Positions 1-10,181 of a stretch of 64,000 bases of DNA are shown here, piece by piece; the stretch's first letter is position 1; each line of letters begins with the position of its first letter. Source of the DNA: an uncultured delta proteobacterium. Its GTDB lineage: Bacteria > Desulfobacterota > Binatia > Binatales > Binataceae. Made by a program: the position numbers and the translations under genes. Below the pieces are notes generated by a model. The model was not told where the DNA came from. It saw only the letters and a program-made list of their open reading frames with translations, and did not search any database. The DNA is taken from NCBI GenBank assembly GCA_963765675.1, contig CAVXXK010000001.1:1088001-1152000 (forward strand), in the 5' to 3' direction.

Positions 1-86
1 CTTGCCCACATTCGCAGTGTGACGACCTTCATGCCGAGCCGCTGCGCGGCCTGTTCCAAGGTGAGGAGATTTTCTCCGGTATTCAT
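1..86 (-). CDS. Excisionase-like HTH protein (5' part only, runs off the window edge)
   Basis: Manual translation from ATG 86: MNTGENLLTLEQAAQRLGMKVVTLRMWA, an HTH_17/MerR-like excisionase start; close to an integrase. Confidence 0.8.
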   Translation of the reverse strand, partial: MNTGENLLTLEQAAQRLGMKVVTLRMWA

Positions 87-171
87 GCGGTAAGTTTAGC
101 GATGCCAATCGCTATCGACAACGTTCCTATAAAAGATTAAAGTAGTACCGACATGAGGCTTCAATCCTGAA

Positions 172-1002
172 ATGAATGTTGTGCCAAAGATGCTGATCGG
201 CCACTCGCTTCGGGAGATAAAGTTGCTTCCGCTGGCCCACCAGCTTGCGGAAACAAACCGGCTGGCGCGGAAGCGGGTCGGCGACACCGCGATCGCGCGG
301 CTGCGCTGGCTGCTCCGGTTCTGCGCAGCTTCGCCTCGGAAGGTTTCAAGCGGCTCTCCGGTCCCGCTCTGCGCGATCTCGAAGCTGAGGCTTACAGCTT
401 TAGCTGTTGGAGCGGGATGCACCCGGAGCACGGCTGGATCGCGCTAACCAGCCCGGCTCCGATGAGATAGGCCAAGTGGCCGAGCACAAGCTCACGCCTA
501 AAGAGATGGGCGATCTTGCAGGCCAGCTAAACACGGCGATTCGCGGGTTGCTCGAAGGCCAACCGTGGATGTTGATGGTAGGTAAATCCGGGCTTGTGTG
601 GCGCGCCATCAGCCAAAGTTTTATGCCTCCTGGGGCGGTGATCGCCGCGAGATTTTCTTGATGGCGGCATTGGACCTTCTCGTCGCTGAAGGTTCGCGCA
701 TTTCGCGATGCGCTTGGGAGCCGTGCGGAAAATTGTTTGTCCGCCGCAAGCGCGGGGCCTATTGCTCGCGTTCGTGCTCTCAGAAGGCCAGAACGGCGAA
801 ATATCGGGAACGGATCGGAGAGGAAAAGTGGCGCGAGAAGCGCCACGAGATTTATCGAGCAGCGAATCAGAAAGTTGACCCGCAAGCCAAAGCTGCGGGT
901 TCCGAGGCGCAAACGGAGAAAGGGAGCATAGGCGATGAGTACTTTCAAACGCGGAGAGGTTTACTGGTACGAATTTCAATTCAACGGCTCGCGCATCCGT
1001 GA
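172..1002 (+). pseudogene. CGNR-like zinc-finger protein, split over several frames
   Basis: C-terminal CAWEPCGKLFVRRKRGAYCSRSC motif in 598..1002; upstream frames 172.. and 407.. appear to be continuations of the same gene. Confidence 0.55.
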
Positions 1003-2100
1003 GAGCGCGCATACGCCATCGAAAACGATCGCGAAGCAGGCGGAACAGCAACGCCGCCGCGACCTGGAGCGCGCGATAAATCGAATCCCGAAGCCCGCGA
1101 CTATGCCGCTGTTCAAACTCGCGGCGGAGCGCGTAATCGAAGACAAGCGCGCGCGCAGGGCATGGAACACAGGCGAGCTCTACCGCTACGCACTCAAGCC
1201 GGTGATCGAGGAATTCGGCGGCCGGTTGGTTTGCGACATTTCGCCCGAAGACATCGCCGCCTACCAGACGAAGAGACTTGCCTTCGGCATGTCGCCCGGA
1301 CGGTCAATCTCGAAGTCGGCGCGCTCCGGGCGGTACTGAAGGCGCATCGTCTGTGGGGTCCGATCGCCGATGCGGTCGAAATGCTGCGAGAACGGAAAGA
1401 CGTCGGCCGGGCAGTCAGCTATGAAGACGAACAGAAACTCATCGACGCGGCTGGAAAGAGTCGATCGCCCGCGCTTCTGCCGCTGCTCGTCCTGACTCTC
1501 GATAGCGGTCTTCGTGCGGCGGAGATTCGCGCATTGCATCGCGAAGACTTAAGCGTGGTCTGGAAGGATGGCGTCGTCGAGCACGGTCGGCTGACGGTCC
1601 GTAAATCGAAGACGGAAGCCGGAGCGGGGCGCACAATCCCGCTGACACGGCGCGCGTGCGCTGTCCTTACCATCTGGCTCGCACGATTCCCGCAGGCAAC
1701 GCCAGAGTCGTTCCTGTTCCCGCGCCACAGCGTCGGGCTGATCGGTAACAACAGAATTCCCGGCCTCCACGGTATCGAGATGGACGAGCCGATTGGATCA
1801 TGGAAGAAGGCTTGGAGGGTTTGCTGCGACGCCGCAGGCGCCCGGTATCGGTGGCACGATCTCAGGCACACGTTCATCACGCGCCTTGCGGAGCGGCCGG
1901 AAGTCTCGGAGCAGACAATCATGAGCCTCGCGGGGCATGTGTCTCGCTCGATGCTCGCGCGGTACAGCCACATTCGCTCGCAGGCGAAGCAGGCCGCGAT
2001 CACGGCACTGGAGCAAGCAGGAGAAACGGCCGCTTTTGAGGCACGGTCCCCACAAAAGTCCCCACAGTCGATCGCCGCGTCGAAGCCCGTCCTGAACTGA
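935..2100 (+). CDS. Tyrosine recombinase/integrase (one frameshift near 1295)
   Basis: Arm domain YWYEFQFNG; catalytic GLRAAE, HDLRH, LAGH, RYSH; adding one C to the CCC run at about 1295 joins the ORFs as MSPRTVNLE. Confidence 0.92.
2046..2066 (+). repeat. Tandem GTCCCCACA direct repeat, probable integrase arm-type sites
   Basis: Copies at 2046-2054 and 2058-2066, about 70 bp from the tRNA att. Confidence 0.5.
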
Positions 2101-2136
2101 ATCTCCGAAAACGCGAGGATAGGAAAGGGATTTTAT

Positions 2137-2214
2137 TGGTGGACGCAGCAGGATTTGAACCTGCGACCCCATGCATGTGAGGCATGTGCTCTAACCGAGC
2201 TGAGCTATGCGTCC
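2137..2214 (-). tRNA. tRNA-Val(CAC)
   Basis: Cloverleaf with GGACGCA/TGCGTCC acceptor, anticodon arm CATGC-CTCACAT-GCATG, T loop TTCAAAT, encoded CCA. Confidence 0.97.
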
Positions 2215-2346
2215 ACCGGGAATCGCGATTATCGCGCCGGCGCATCAGCCTAGCAAGCCCGTTCGTCGCGCTCGCGCTTGACTCCGCCCCGGTGCTCGGA
2301 CAGCTATTCTAGCGCGGGCCATGCCGGTCCGTATTTGGTTCCCAAA

Positions 2347-3744
2347 GTGCGCAGAATAGCTATTATCGGCGCCGGCTTCAGCGGATCGATCCTCGCGGTA
2401 CAACTGCTGCGCCGGCTCGGGACCGACGCTGCCGCCGATCTGCATATCGATTTGATCGGCAAACGCGGATTCGCCCGCGGACTGGCTTATTCGACCACCA
2501 GCGAACGCCATCTGCTCAACGTTCCCGCCGGCAAGATGAGCGCGTTTCCCGCCGAGCCTGACCACTTTCTCAATTGGCTGCGAAGCCACGCGGAGTTGGT
2601 TGGCGATTCTCAAATCAAACCCACCAGCTTCGTTCCGCGGCTTATCTATGGGCGCTATCTCGAAGATCTGCTCGCGCAGGCGAGCCGAGCGAATCCTGAA
2701 CGAATCACGGCGCATCGCGAGACCGCGATCGCGGTCAAGGCGCTCGGCGACGGATTGCGAGTCAGCTTTGCGGACGGCAAAAATCTGGACGACGATTTCG
2801 TGGTGCTCGCGCCGGGAAATTTCGCGCCCGCGGATCCTCCGGTGGCCGATCCGGCCTTCTACAAGTCCTCTTTCTATCGACGCGATCCTTGGGCCGACGG
2901 CGCACTCGATCAAATCGAACCCAACGCGCCGGTTCTGTTGATCGGTGCAGCTCTGACCACGGTCGATATTGCGATTTCGCTTATCGAGCGCGGCCACATC
3001 GGCGTGATTCACGCGATCTCGCGTCATGGATTGCTGCCGCGCCGCCATCTGGCGGCTTCTGCGGCTCCCGCGATCGCGCCGTTCGAGCTCGACGCGCTGC
3101 CGGCGTCGGCGCGGGCGATGCTGCGTGCGGTTCGCACGCGAATCGGTGCCGAATCGGCGCGCGGAGTTCCGTGGCAATCTGTAATCGACGCGTTGCGTCC
3201 TGTCACGCAGGACTTATGGCGCCGCGCGGCGATGGCCGAACGTACGCGCTTCCTGCGCCATCTGCGGCCGTGGTGGGACGTCCACCGGCATCGCGTCGCG
3301 CCGGGGATTGGTGCGCGTATCGATGCGGCCCAGGCCTCCGGCCAGCTTGTCTTCCATGCCGGGCGGATTGAGCGTTACCGAATCGAAGGCTCGACGGTGC
3401 GCGTCGAATATCGAAGTCGCGAGTCGGCCGAGCTCGAATCTCTGCGAGTCGCACGGGTGATCAATTGCTCGGGACCGTCCTCGGATTATCGCAAGATCGA
3501 CGATCCGCTGATTCAGTCGATGCTCCGAAGCGGGATCGTCCGCACCGACCAGTCGCGCCTGGGACTCGAAGTCACCGCCGATCTTCGTCTGGTCGCCGCT
3601 GACGGCGCTGCGAATCCACGTTTGTTCGCACTCGGCTCGATAACCAAGGGTGCATATTGGGAAATTATCGCCGTGCCTGATTTGCGCGTGCAGTGCGAAG
3701 CTCTCGCCGAGCGCATCGCGCGCGAGGCGGGCGAGATTGCGTAA
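2347..3744 (+). CDS. FAD/NAD(P)-binding oxidoreductase (NAD_binding_9-like)
   Basis: IAIIGAGFSG, GLAYST..HLLNVPAGKMSAF, WDVHRHR, INCSGP; GTG start chosen at 2347. Confidence 0.88.
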   Translation: MRRIAIIGAGFSGSILAVQLLRRLGTDAAADLHIDLIGKRGFARGLAYSTTSERHLLNVPAGKMSAFPAEPDHFLNWLRSHAELVGDSQIKPTSFVPRLIYGRYLEDLLAQASRANPERITAHRETAIAVKALGDGLRVSFADGKNLDDDFVVLAPGNFAPADPPVADPAFYKSSFYRRDPWADGALDQIEPNAPVLLIGAALTTVDIAISLIERGHIGVIHAISRHGLLPRRHLAASAAPAIAPFELDALPASARAMLRAVRTRIGAESARGVPWQSVIDALRPVTQDLWRRAAMAERTRFLRHLRPWWDVHRHRVAPGIGARIDAAQASGQLVFHAGRIERYRIEGSTVRVEYRSRESAELESLRVARVINCSGPSSDYRKIDDPLIQSMLRSGIVRTDQSRLGLEVTADLRLVAADGAANPRLFALGSITKGAYWEIIAVPDLRVQCEALAERIAREAGEIA

Positions 3745-3831
3745 TCCGCGCGGCTGCATTTGACCTGAGCGTTGCGCCTGCGCGAAGGTTGCGAAAGCCG
3801 GCGCGCCACGGCGCGCCACAGGAGGACGGCT

Positions 3832-4440
3832 ATGGGGCGACTCAAGCAAGTGAGCCTCGGCGAGGCTTCGCCCGAGGTCAAGGAACTCTACAAACAGTTT
3901 TTCGGCGACCGCGATCCGGTTAAGCATCCGGGCACCGCAACCGGCACTCCCGGCGACTACTGGACCACTTTCGCGCTGGTGCCGGATCTACTTTTCCAGG
4001 CCCGAAATTCCCTGATGGCCCTGATGCAGCCCGGGCGCAAGCTGCCGGCCAAGCTGCGCGAGCTCGCGATCTTGCGCACCGGAATCGTCGGCGATTCGAG
4101 GTTCGAGTATTCGCAGCATCTGAAAGTCGCACGGATGGTCGGTGTCTCCGACGACAAACTCGCCGCGATCAAGAGCTGGCCGCTGTCCGATAAATTCAGT
4201 CCGGCCGAGCGCGCCGTGATGCAGGTGACTGACGAAATCGTGGGGCGTAATCTGGTCGAAGATGAGTCATTCGCCGCGCTCAAGGAGCATCTCGAGGACG
4301 CGCAGATCATGGAGCTGTTCTACGTCATCGGGCTATGGCGGATGCACGGGATGATCGTGCGCGCGTTGCATCTCGAATTCGACGGCGATACCACCGCGCG
4401 GATGAAGGAAGTGCCGGCGCCCGCACCGGCCAAAGGTTAA
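3832..4440 (+). CDS. Carboxymuconolactone decarboxylase/AhpD-like protein
   Basis: LRELAILRT..FEYSQH..AERAV motif; GGAGG RBS before ATG 3832. Confidence 0.85.
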   Translation: MGRLKQVSLGEASPEVKELYKQFFGDRDPVKHPGTATGTPGDYWTTFALVPDLLFQARNSLMALMQPGRKLPAKLRELAILRTGIVGDSRFEYSQHLKVARMVGVSDDKLAAIKSWPLSDKFSPAERAVMQVTDEIVGRNLVEDESFAALKEHLEDAQIMELFYVIGLWRMHGMIVRALHLEFDGDTTARMKEVPAPAPAKG

Positions 4441-4463
4441 CGGCGACGGAAAATCCGGAGGCG

Positions 4464-4700
4464 ATGACGATGAAGATCGTGGTTTATACGCAGGACCGCT
4501 GCCCCGCGTGCCATCAGGCGATGGAATATCTTTCGCGCAACCAGGTTGCGTTCACTGAAAAGAACATCACGCATGATTCCGTGGCGCGCGACGAGTTGAT
4601 CGCCAAGGGCTTTCGCGCGACGCCGGTCACGATGTTCGACGATCAACCGATCCTCGGCTTCAGCCTCCCGCAATTCAGAAAAGCCCTCGGCCTTAACTGA
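4464..4700 (+). CDS. Glutaredoxin/NrdH-like protein
   Basis: VYTQDRCPAC, ATPV, ILGF. Confidence 0.88.
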   Translation: MTMKIVVYTQDRCPACHQAMEYLSRNQVAFTEKNITHDSVARDELIAKGFRATPVTMFDDQPILGFSLPQFRKALGLN

Positions 4701-4752
4701 TCTATCGGATTAGGGAAGATACGCTTTTCGTGGTTGATTTATTTAGGTGATT

Positions 4753-4771
4753 TGACTAGTCTGTCTAGTCA
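4753..4771. promoter_or_regulatory. Palindromic operator upstream of the TA operon
   Basis: TGACTAG-N5-CTAGTCA, overlapping a TTGACT -35-like hexamer, 26 bp before the antitoxin ATG. Confidence 0.6.
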
Positions 4772-4796
4772 GAAGCGATTCTAACGCGGATTTTCG

Positions 4797-5036
4797 ATGA
4801 AGTGGCAGATCCAGCAGGCCAAGGCACGGTTCAGCGAGTTCGTTGATCGCACGCTGAAAGAAGGACCGCAAACCGTTACGCGTCGCGGGAAAGCGGTCGC
4901 CGTGCTGGTTCCTGCTGACGAATATCGCCGCCTTCGAGCTGGCGGTAAAAGCCTCAAGGCGTTATTGGCGGCGGCTCCGCTTGAGGGCGTCGAGATCATT
5001 CGGCCGAGGGACACCGGTCGAGTCGTGGATCTCTAG
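4797..5036 (+). CDS. Phd/YefM antitoxin
   Basis: WQIQQAKARFSEFV..GPQTVTRRGK. Confidence 0.92.
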   Translation: MKWQIQQAKARFSEFVDRTLKEGPQTVTRRGKAVAVLVPADEYRRLRAGGKSLKALLAAAPLEGVEIIRPRDTGRVVDL

Positions 5037-5052
5037 AATACTTCCGTTTTCC

Positions 5053-5469
5053 GTGTACCTGATCGACACCAACGTTATCTCCGAGATCCGTAAGGGCATC
5101 CGCTGCGATACGAAAGTTGCGGCGTGGTTCCGGCAGGTGCGGGACGATGACCTCTACCTGAGCGTGTTGGTAATTGGCGAAATTCGGCAAGGGATCGAAC
5201 GGGTCCGCGCGCGAGACCCCAGCCAGGCTCGAGCGCTGGAGGATTGGCTCGAAGAACTACTCGCCGGCTTCGCGGAGCGCATTCTGAAGATTGACAATCG
5301 CGTCGCTCAAACTTGGGGACGCCTTAGCCCACTCGGTAGCTTCCCGGTCGTCGATGCATTGCTCGCTGCGACCGCGCTGACGCACGGTTTGACGCTGGTG
5401 ACCCGCAACCTCAACGACGTGGAGCGATCCGGCGTGCGATGCCTCAATCCGTTCGAGTTCGAAACCTGA
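5053..5469 (+). CDS. vapC: VapC PIN-domain toxin
   Basis: YLIDTNVISE, DALLAATA, LVTRN. Confidence 0.92.
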   Translation: MYLIDTNVISEIRKGIRCDTKVAAWFRQVRDDDLYLSVLVIGEIRQGIERVRARDPSQARALEDWLEELLAGFAERILKIDNRVAQTWGRLSPLGSFPVVDALLAATALTHGLTLVTRNLNDVERSGVRCLNPFEFET

Positions 5470-5895
5470 TCAGACGGCGTTCATCAGGCGGATAACTTCG
5501 GCGCGGCCCCATTCCACTTCGGCGCGATGATGATTCGCCATCGCGGAGAGAAAATCGTGGATCGGGCCGCTCGGCGGCGCGACCGCGAGCGCGTCCTCGC
5601 TCTTGCGTGCGGCCCATTCCTGCCCGCGCGACAGCAGGCTCAGACGCTCGCGAACCGTCGGCAGCGCGGCGACCTTGGCGGCGAACGGTCCAGTCTTGTC
5701 CGACGGTGCGCCGCCGTTCGTGCGAATCAGCGCCTCGAGTTCGCGGACGTTGCGCGCTTCTTCTTCGCTCGCGCCGCGCAGAAAGACGCGCAACTGCTCC
5801 TGCTCGACCTCGCGGATCAGCTCCTCGAGCGCGAGCGTTCCGGCCCGCTCGGATTCGAGCAGCAAATTGAGGGCATCCTGAAGCCGCGGGTCCAC
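5470..5895 (-). CDS. Ferritin-like four-helix protein (DUF6306-like)
   Basis: LNLLLESERAG, LSRGQEWAARK, HRAEV. Confidence 0.7.
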   Translation of the reverse strand: MDPRLQDALNLLLESERAGTLALEELIREVEQEQLRVFLRGASEEEARNVRELEALIRTNGGAPSDKTGPFAAKVAALPTVRERLSLLSRGQEWAARKSEDALAVAPPSGPIHDFLSAMANHHRAEVEWGRAEVIRLMNAV

Positions 5896-5964
5896 GGCGC
5901 GAATCTAGTAAGGGTGACGCGCAGGCGCAAGCCGCAGCCGTCGATTGGACGGGCAGTCGGCGGA

Positions 5965-6324
5965 CTACTTCATAAGCATCCGGATCGAGACCGCTATCAG
6001 GAAGATCGCAAACGCGCGGCGCAGGAGGACCGGCGCGATGCCGACCGCGACCTTTCCTCCGAGGTATCCTCCGAAGATGAGCCCGAGCGCCAGCATCGCG
6101 GCGAATCCGATGTTCACGTTGCCGGTCTTGTAATACTCGTACGCGCCGAGAATCCCGACCGGCGGCAGCAGCGCCGCCAGCGAGGTGCCGACCGCCGCAT
6201 GCATCGGCATCGCAAGCAGCACCACCAGCGTCGGAACGATCAAGACTCCGCCGCCGACTCCGAAAAAGCCGCTCAGAACGCCGGCAATAAGTCCGATTGC
6301 CAGAACGATCAGCATCTCGCTCAT
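5965..6324 (-). CDS. TauE/SafE (TSUP) family membrane protein
   Basis: GFFGVGGGVLIVP, AVGTSLAALLPP. Confidence 0.88.
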   Translation of the reverse strand: MSEMLIVLAIGLIAGVLSGFFGVGGGVLIVPTLVVLLAMPMHAAVGTSLAALLPPVGILGAYEYYKTGNVNIGFAAMLALGLIFGGYLGGKVAVGIAPVLLRRAFAIFLIAVSIRMLMK

Positions 6325-6422
6325 GTAGGATCTCGTCTCGATGGCCGTGTTTGATTGCATCGCAATTCCGTCAGGATGCGGACAGTAGCAGAGCCGCGCA
6401 ATCGGATCGAAGAGCGCCGGAG

Positions 6423-7406
6423 CTAGCGTTCGACGGCGGACTTCGCGAGCTTGTCGCTCAGCAGTTCGGCCAGGCGTTCGGCGGGCAGGCGGCGAAGATC
6501 CGCGATCGCGAAGCCTGACGCGGCGGCGTGTCCGCCTCCGCCAAAACCCTCGGCCAGCAGCGCAAGGTTGATGTCGCAATCCGCGCTGCGGCGCAGGCTG
6601 ACTCCCTGGCTGCGAAGGTCGAACAGCGCGACGACCGTGCGATGCTGCCCTTCGTAGAGGTGCGAGGCCACTTCGCTGCTGTAGCCGAAGCAACACGCGG
6701 TGCGTACCTTGATTCCGTTGGCGAGCTTCCGATCAACCATCGTGGCGCGTGCGAGCTCGAGGCTTTTTTGCATCCCCTCTTTCCCGGCTTCCAGGGCGGA
6801 GCGAAGCCGCCGCGTCATCACCGGCTCGTGCAGGCGAAGAATTTCGCGATATGAATTCCTTCCGCCCAGGGTCTGCACAGCGAGTGCCCAATCGGCGGAC
6901 TCGGGAATCTTGTGGATCCAGCGATCGTGATCGTCGGCGATCGCGGCGAAGGGCGCGAACGCTTCGAACTCTTCGCGCCGCCTGGCCGGCATAGAATCGC
7001 GAGCCAGCTTGCGCAGATAATTGAAGGTCAGGCGCGCGGCCGAGTATTGCTCGGAAAGAATCTTGACGGTGAATGGAACCTTGAACTCTGGCGCGCCCGC
7101 GCGGGACACTGCGGTGCGATGATGATCGATCCAGAAGACCCGCGCCCCGCGTTCGATCAGCGAAGTCAGATGCGCGCCGGTCTCGGGCAGGGTCCACGAC
7201 AGATCGGTGATCCAGATTTCGTCGTTTTTAGCGTTCGACGACTTGAGCTCGAGACCGCGAATCGTCCGGTCGGCTTCGTTGTTGCCGGCCAGCGTCGCGA
7301 TCACATGCTCGCCATCATAAAAGCGGGCGACCGCCGCGGCCGCCATCACGCCGTCGAGGCATGAGGGTCCGTGGCTGACGATCTGGATAGTGCGCGATTC
7401 GGGCAT
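6423..7406 (-). CDS. DHH/DHHA1 phosphoesterase
   Basis: CLDG, ITDLS, WIDHH, GGGGHAAASG. Confidence 0.9.
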   Translation of the reverse strand: MPESRTIQIVSHGPSCLDGVMAAAAVARFYDGEHVIATLAGNNEADRTIRGLELKSSNAKNDEIWITDLSWTLPETGAHLTSLIERGARVFWIDHHRTAVSRAGAPEFKVPFTVKILSEQYSAARLTFNYLRKLARDSMPARRREEFEAFAPFAAIADDHDRWIHKIPESADWALAVQTLGGRNSYREILRLHEPVMTRRLRSALEAGKEGMQKSLELARATMVDRKLANGIKVRTACCFGYSSEVASHLYEGQHRTVVALFDLRSQGVSLRRSADCDINLALLAEGFGGGGHAAASGFAIADLRRLPAERLAELLSDKLAKSAVER

Positions 7407-7985
7407 GGGGATGCGACTATAAGGAAAAGCGCGTCGGCAAGCGAACGGGAGCGCCCACCGCTTCGCGCGCAGGCGGCCAACGCGTTGACGATCGCGCGTT
7501 TCGGACTGGCCGCGGCATGGATCGCGATCTATCTGGCAGCGCCCGCGGCGCGGCTTGCGTTTGCTGTGATCGCGATCGCGGCGGCGGCCAGCGATTTCCT
7601 TGACGGCCGGCTCGCGCGACGCCTCGGAGTCGGCGGCGGAGCGGGACGATGGCTCGATCCGGTGGCCGACGTCACCTTTGTGCTGGCCGCGCTCGGTTGC
7701 GCCGCGGCGGCAGGCGCGATTCCACTCTATATTCCGATTCTTATCGTCGCTTCGTTTTCACAATACGCGATCGATTCGAGAATACTGCAGCGAGCGGACG
7801 GTCCCATCCGAAGCCGGCTCGGACACTACGGAGGCGTCGTCAACTATGCGCTAGTGCTGGTGCTCGCGCTGACGCCGCCGGGAGGGGCTGCGGGCGCCGC
7901 GATCAAAACCGCGGCGCCCGCGATTGCGCTGTTCTATGTCGCGGCGATTATCGAGCGCGCGCTGGCCTATCGGTCGCACGGCTGA
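7371..7985 (+). CDS. CDP-alcohol phosphatidyltransferase (start uncertain)
   Basis: DFLDGRLARRLG..GRWLDPVAD signature. Confidence 0.85.
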   Translation: MADDLDSARFGHGDATIRKSASASERERPPLRAQAANALTIARFGLAAAWIAIYLAAPAARLAFAVIAIAAAASDFLDGRLARRLGVGGGAGRWLDPVADVTFVLAALGCAAAAGAIPLYIPILIVASFSQYAIDSRILQRADGPIRSRLGHYGGVVNYALVLVLALTPPGGAAGAAIKTAAPAIALFYVAAIIERALAYRSHG

Positions 7986-8013
7986 GTGGCGCTTCGCAGC
8001 AATCAGCCTGTTC

Positions 8014-8544
8014 TCAGGAAATCTTCGCCAGCAGATTCTTCATATCGTCGGCGTGCTCTTCTTCCACCTTCAGAATCTGCTCGATCAGGATTCGCGTGGT
8101 CGGGTCCTTATCGCTGAGCCATCGCACGATGTCCGAATACGATTCGATCGCGATTCGCTCGGCCACCAGGTCTTCCTTGATCATGTCGGTCAGAGAAGCG
8201 CTTTCGTCGTATTGGGAATGCGAGCGCTCGGCCATGCCCTCGGGGCTGTAGTTCGGCTTTCCGCCGAGCTGGCTGATGCGCTCGGCGATCCAGTCGGCAT
8301 GCTGCTGCTCCTCGCCGGCGTGCTGCAGGAATTCCTGGCGCGCGGGGTCGGCGTAGATGCCGTCGGCGGTGTAGTAGTGGCGCTTGTAGCGCAGCACGCA
8401 GACGATCTCGGTCGCCAGGACGTCGTTGAGCACCTTGACGACTTCCTTGCGGTCGGCCTTGTAGCCGTCGGTTACAGGACCTTCCTCCATATGCTTGCGC
8501 GCGCGCTCGCGGATTTTCTTAACGTCGGTGACAAATTTTGCCAT
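8014..8544 (-). CDS. Bacterioferritin/Dps-like protein
   Basis: LATEIVCVLRY, EEQQHAD, EDLVAERIAI, EEEHADD. Confidence 0.92.
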   Translation of the reverse strand: MAKFVTDVKKIRERARKHMEEGPVTDGYKADRKEVVKVLNDVLATEIVCVLRYKRHYYTADGIYADPARQEFLQHAGEEQQHADWIAERISQLGGKPNYSPEGMAERSHSQYDESASLTDMIKEDLVAERIAIESYSDIVRWLSDKDPTTRILIEQILKVEEEHADDMKNLLAKIS

Positions 8545-8734
8545 GCGATGAGGCTCCTTTCAGGTGTGGTGCAATCGTACCGCGTTTTGGACTCAGGATG
8601 CACGGTTTTTCCTACTACGCGTCCGGCTGCATCGGCAACAATCGCGCCGCCCGGAAAGCGCCTTTGGGGGGCGATGAAGAGCGGCGAGCGTCGTGCTAGG
8701 TTCTTGAGCGGCGGTTGGGGAGGACGAAGGGGGC

Positions 8735-10147
8735 GTGACTCCGGCCGCAAGGTCACCGGAATTGGAACCGCGCACTATTGTCCGCTCAGAGCATCCGATC
8801 TCGCGCCGCGATATCGATCCCAACGTATTGAAGGTCCTGTACCGCTTGGGCGCTGCCGGCCACGTCGCCTATTTGGTCGGCGGATCGGTGCGGGACCTGA
8901 TGCTGGGGCGGCGGCCCAAGGACTTCGACGTCGCGACCTCGGCGCACCCGCAGCAGGTCCGCGATCTGTTTCGCAACTCGCGCCTGATCGGGCGGCGCTT
9001 TCGGCTGGTCCACGTCTTTTTCGGGCCGCAAAATATCGAGGTCGCGACTTTTCGCCGCCAGAGCGAAGAGGTCGCCACCGAGGGCGACCCGCTGATTCGC
9101 GCCGACAATACTTTCGGTACTCCAGAGGAGGACGCGTTTCGCCGCGACTTCACCGTCAACTCGCTGTTTTACGACCCGCAGACATTTAACGTAATTGATT
9201 ATGCGGGCGGCGCAGACGACCTGCGGGCGCGGCTCATCCGGACTATCGGCGCGCCCGAACTGCGGATGCGCGAGGATCCGGTGCGGATGATGCGTGCTGT
9301 GCGCTTCGCCGCAAAACTCGGCTTCGAGATCGAACCGGCCACCCGCGCCGCAATCGAAACGCATCGTGGCGATCTCGCAAAGGCTTCCGTCCCACGTCTG
9401 GTTGAAGAGACCTACCGCACATTGGGCCAGCCTGCCGCTGCGCGCGCCGCCGCCTTGATGGACGAGATCGGCCTGCTCGAGGCGCTGATTCCATTTCTCT
9501 CGGAGCATCTCAAGCGGCATCCGGGCGATCCGGCCGATGCACCGACGATCCGCAACCTGGCGGCTCTCGGAAAGATGTTCGAGGGAGTCGCCACGCCCGA
9601 TCACGCTTTTGTGCTCGCCGCGATGATGCTTGATCTGGCGCGCCGCGATACCACCAGCCGGGGCGACTTCGATTTGCTCGGCGAGTTGCGCGCGCGCGGG
9701 TTTGCCCGCGGAGACACCGAGCGGATGCGCCTGATCCACGACGCGTTCGAGAACATGGCCACGCCCTCGCGCCGCACGCGGCGCCTGATGCGCCGGCCGT
9801 ACTTCGCCTCGGCGCGCCAGTTTTTCGAGGCGATGGCGCCGACCTACGGAATCGACACCCGAGTGCTTGCCCGCTATCTCGAAAATCCCGACGGAGTTGT
9901 TGCACGCTCGCAGCCGCAAGCCAACTCCGAAGCTCCGGCGGGCGGCGGCCACCGGCGCCGGAGACGACGCCGCCGTGGCGGCAGAATGCATCGGCGCAAC
10001 GGTTCTCCCGACAGGGTCACATCCGCCGCGCAAGTCCTCGACGGCCCGCACGCCATCAAGGCGGACGTCAACGGCGACGTACGCGTTGAAGCGTCGGTCG
10101 AATCTTCGCCGCCGTCCGGCACCCCGCACTCCGAACCTCGCAGCTAA
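8735..10147 (+). CDS. pcnB: Poly(A) polymerase I
   Basis: VGGSVRD, KDFDVAT, LIGRRFRLVHV (PAP signature), RRDFTVN, EDPVRM. Confidence 0.93.
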   Translation: MTPAARSPELEPRTIVRSEHPISRRDIDPNVLKVLYRLGAAGHVAYLVGGSVRDLMLGRRPKDFDVATSAHPQQVRDLFRNSRLIGRRFRLVHVFFGPQNIEVATFRRQSEEVATEGDPLIRADNTFGTPEEDAFRRDFTVNSLFYDPQTFNVIDYAGGADDLRARLIRTIGAPELRMREDPVRMMRAVRFAAKLGFEIEPATRAAIETHRGDLAKASVPRLVEETYRTLGQPAAARAAALMDEIGLLEALIPFLSEHLKRHPGDPADAPTIRNLAALGKMFEGVATPDHAFVLAAMMLDLARRDTTSRGDFDLLGELRARGFARGDTERMRLIHDAFENMATPSRRTRRLMRRPYFASARQFFEAMAPTYGIDTRVLARYLENPDGVVARSQPQANSEAPAGGGHRRRRRRRRGGRMHRRNGSPDRVTSAAQVLDGPHAIKADVNGDVRVEASVESSPPSGTPHSEPRS

Positions 10148-10181
10148 ACCCAGATCGTCACTTCGAGCTCTGGGCGAGCGG

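Larger units (their letters stand above)
1..2136. mobile_element. End of an integrative element (prophage/satellite/island) inserted at the 3' end of tRNA-Val
   Basis: Integrase stops 36 bp from the tRNA CCA end; excisionase present; the second att site is outside the window. Confidence 0.8.

Noticed and set aside
9945-10000. Poly-Arg tract in PcnB
   Set aside because: Basic disordered C-terminal tails are normal for bacterial poly(A) polymerases
7924-10129. Long shadow ORFs (7924..9189, 8786..10129; likewise 13841..15112, 20496..21896, 29325..30800)
   Set aside because: Antisense or off-frame shadows of well-supported genes in GC-rich DNA
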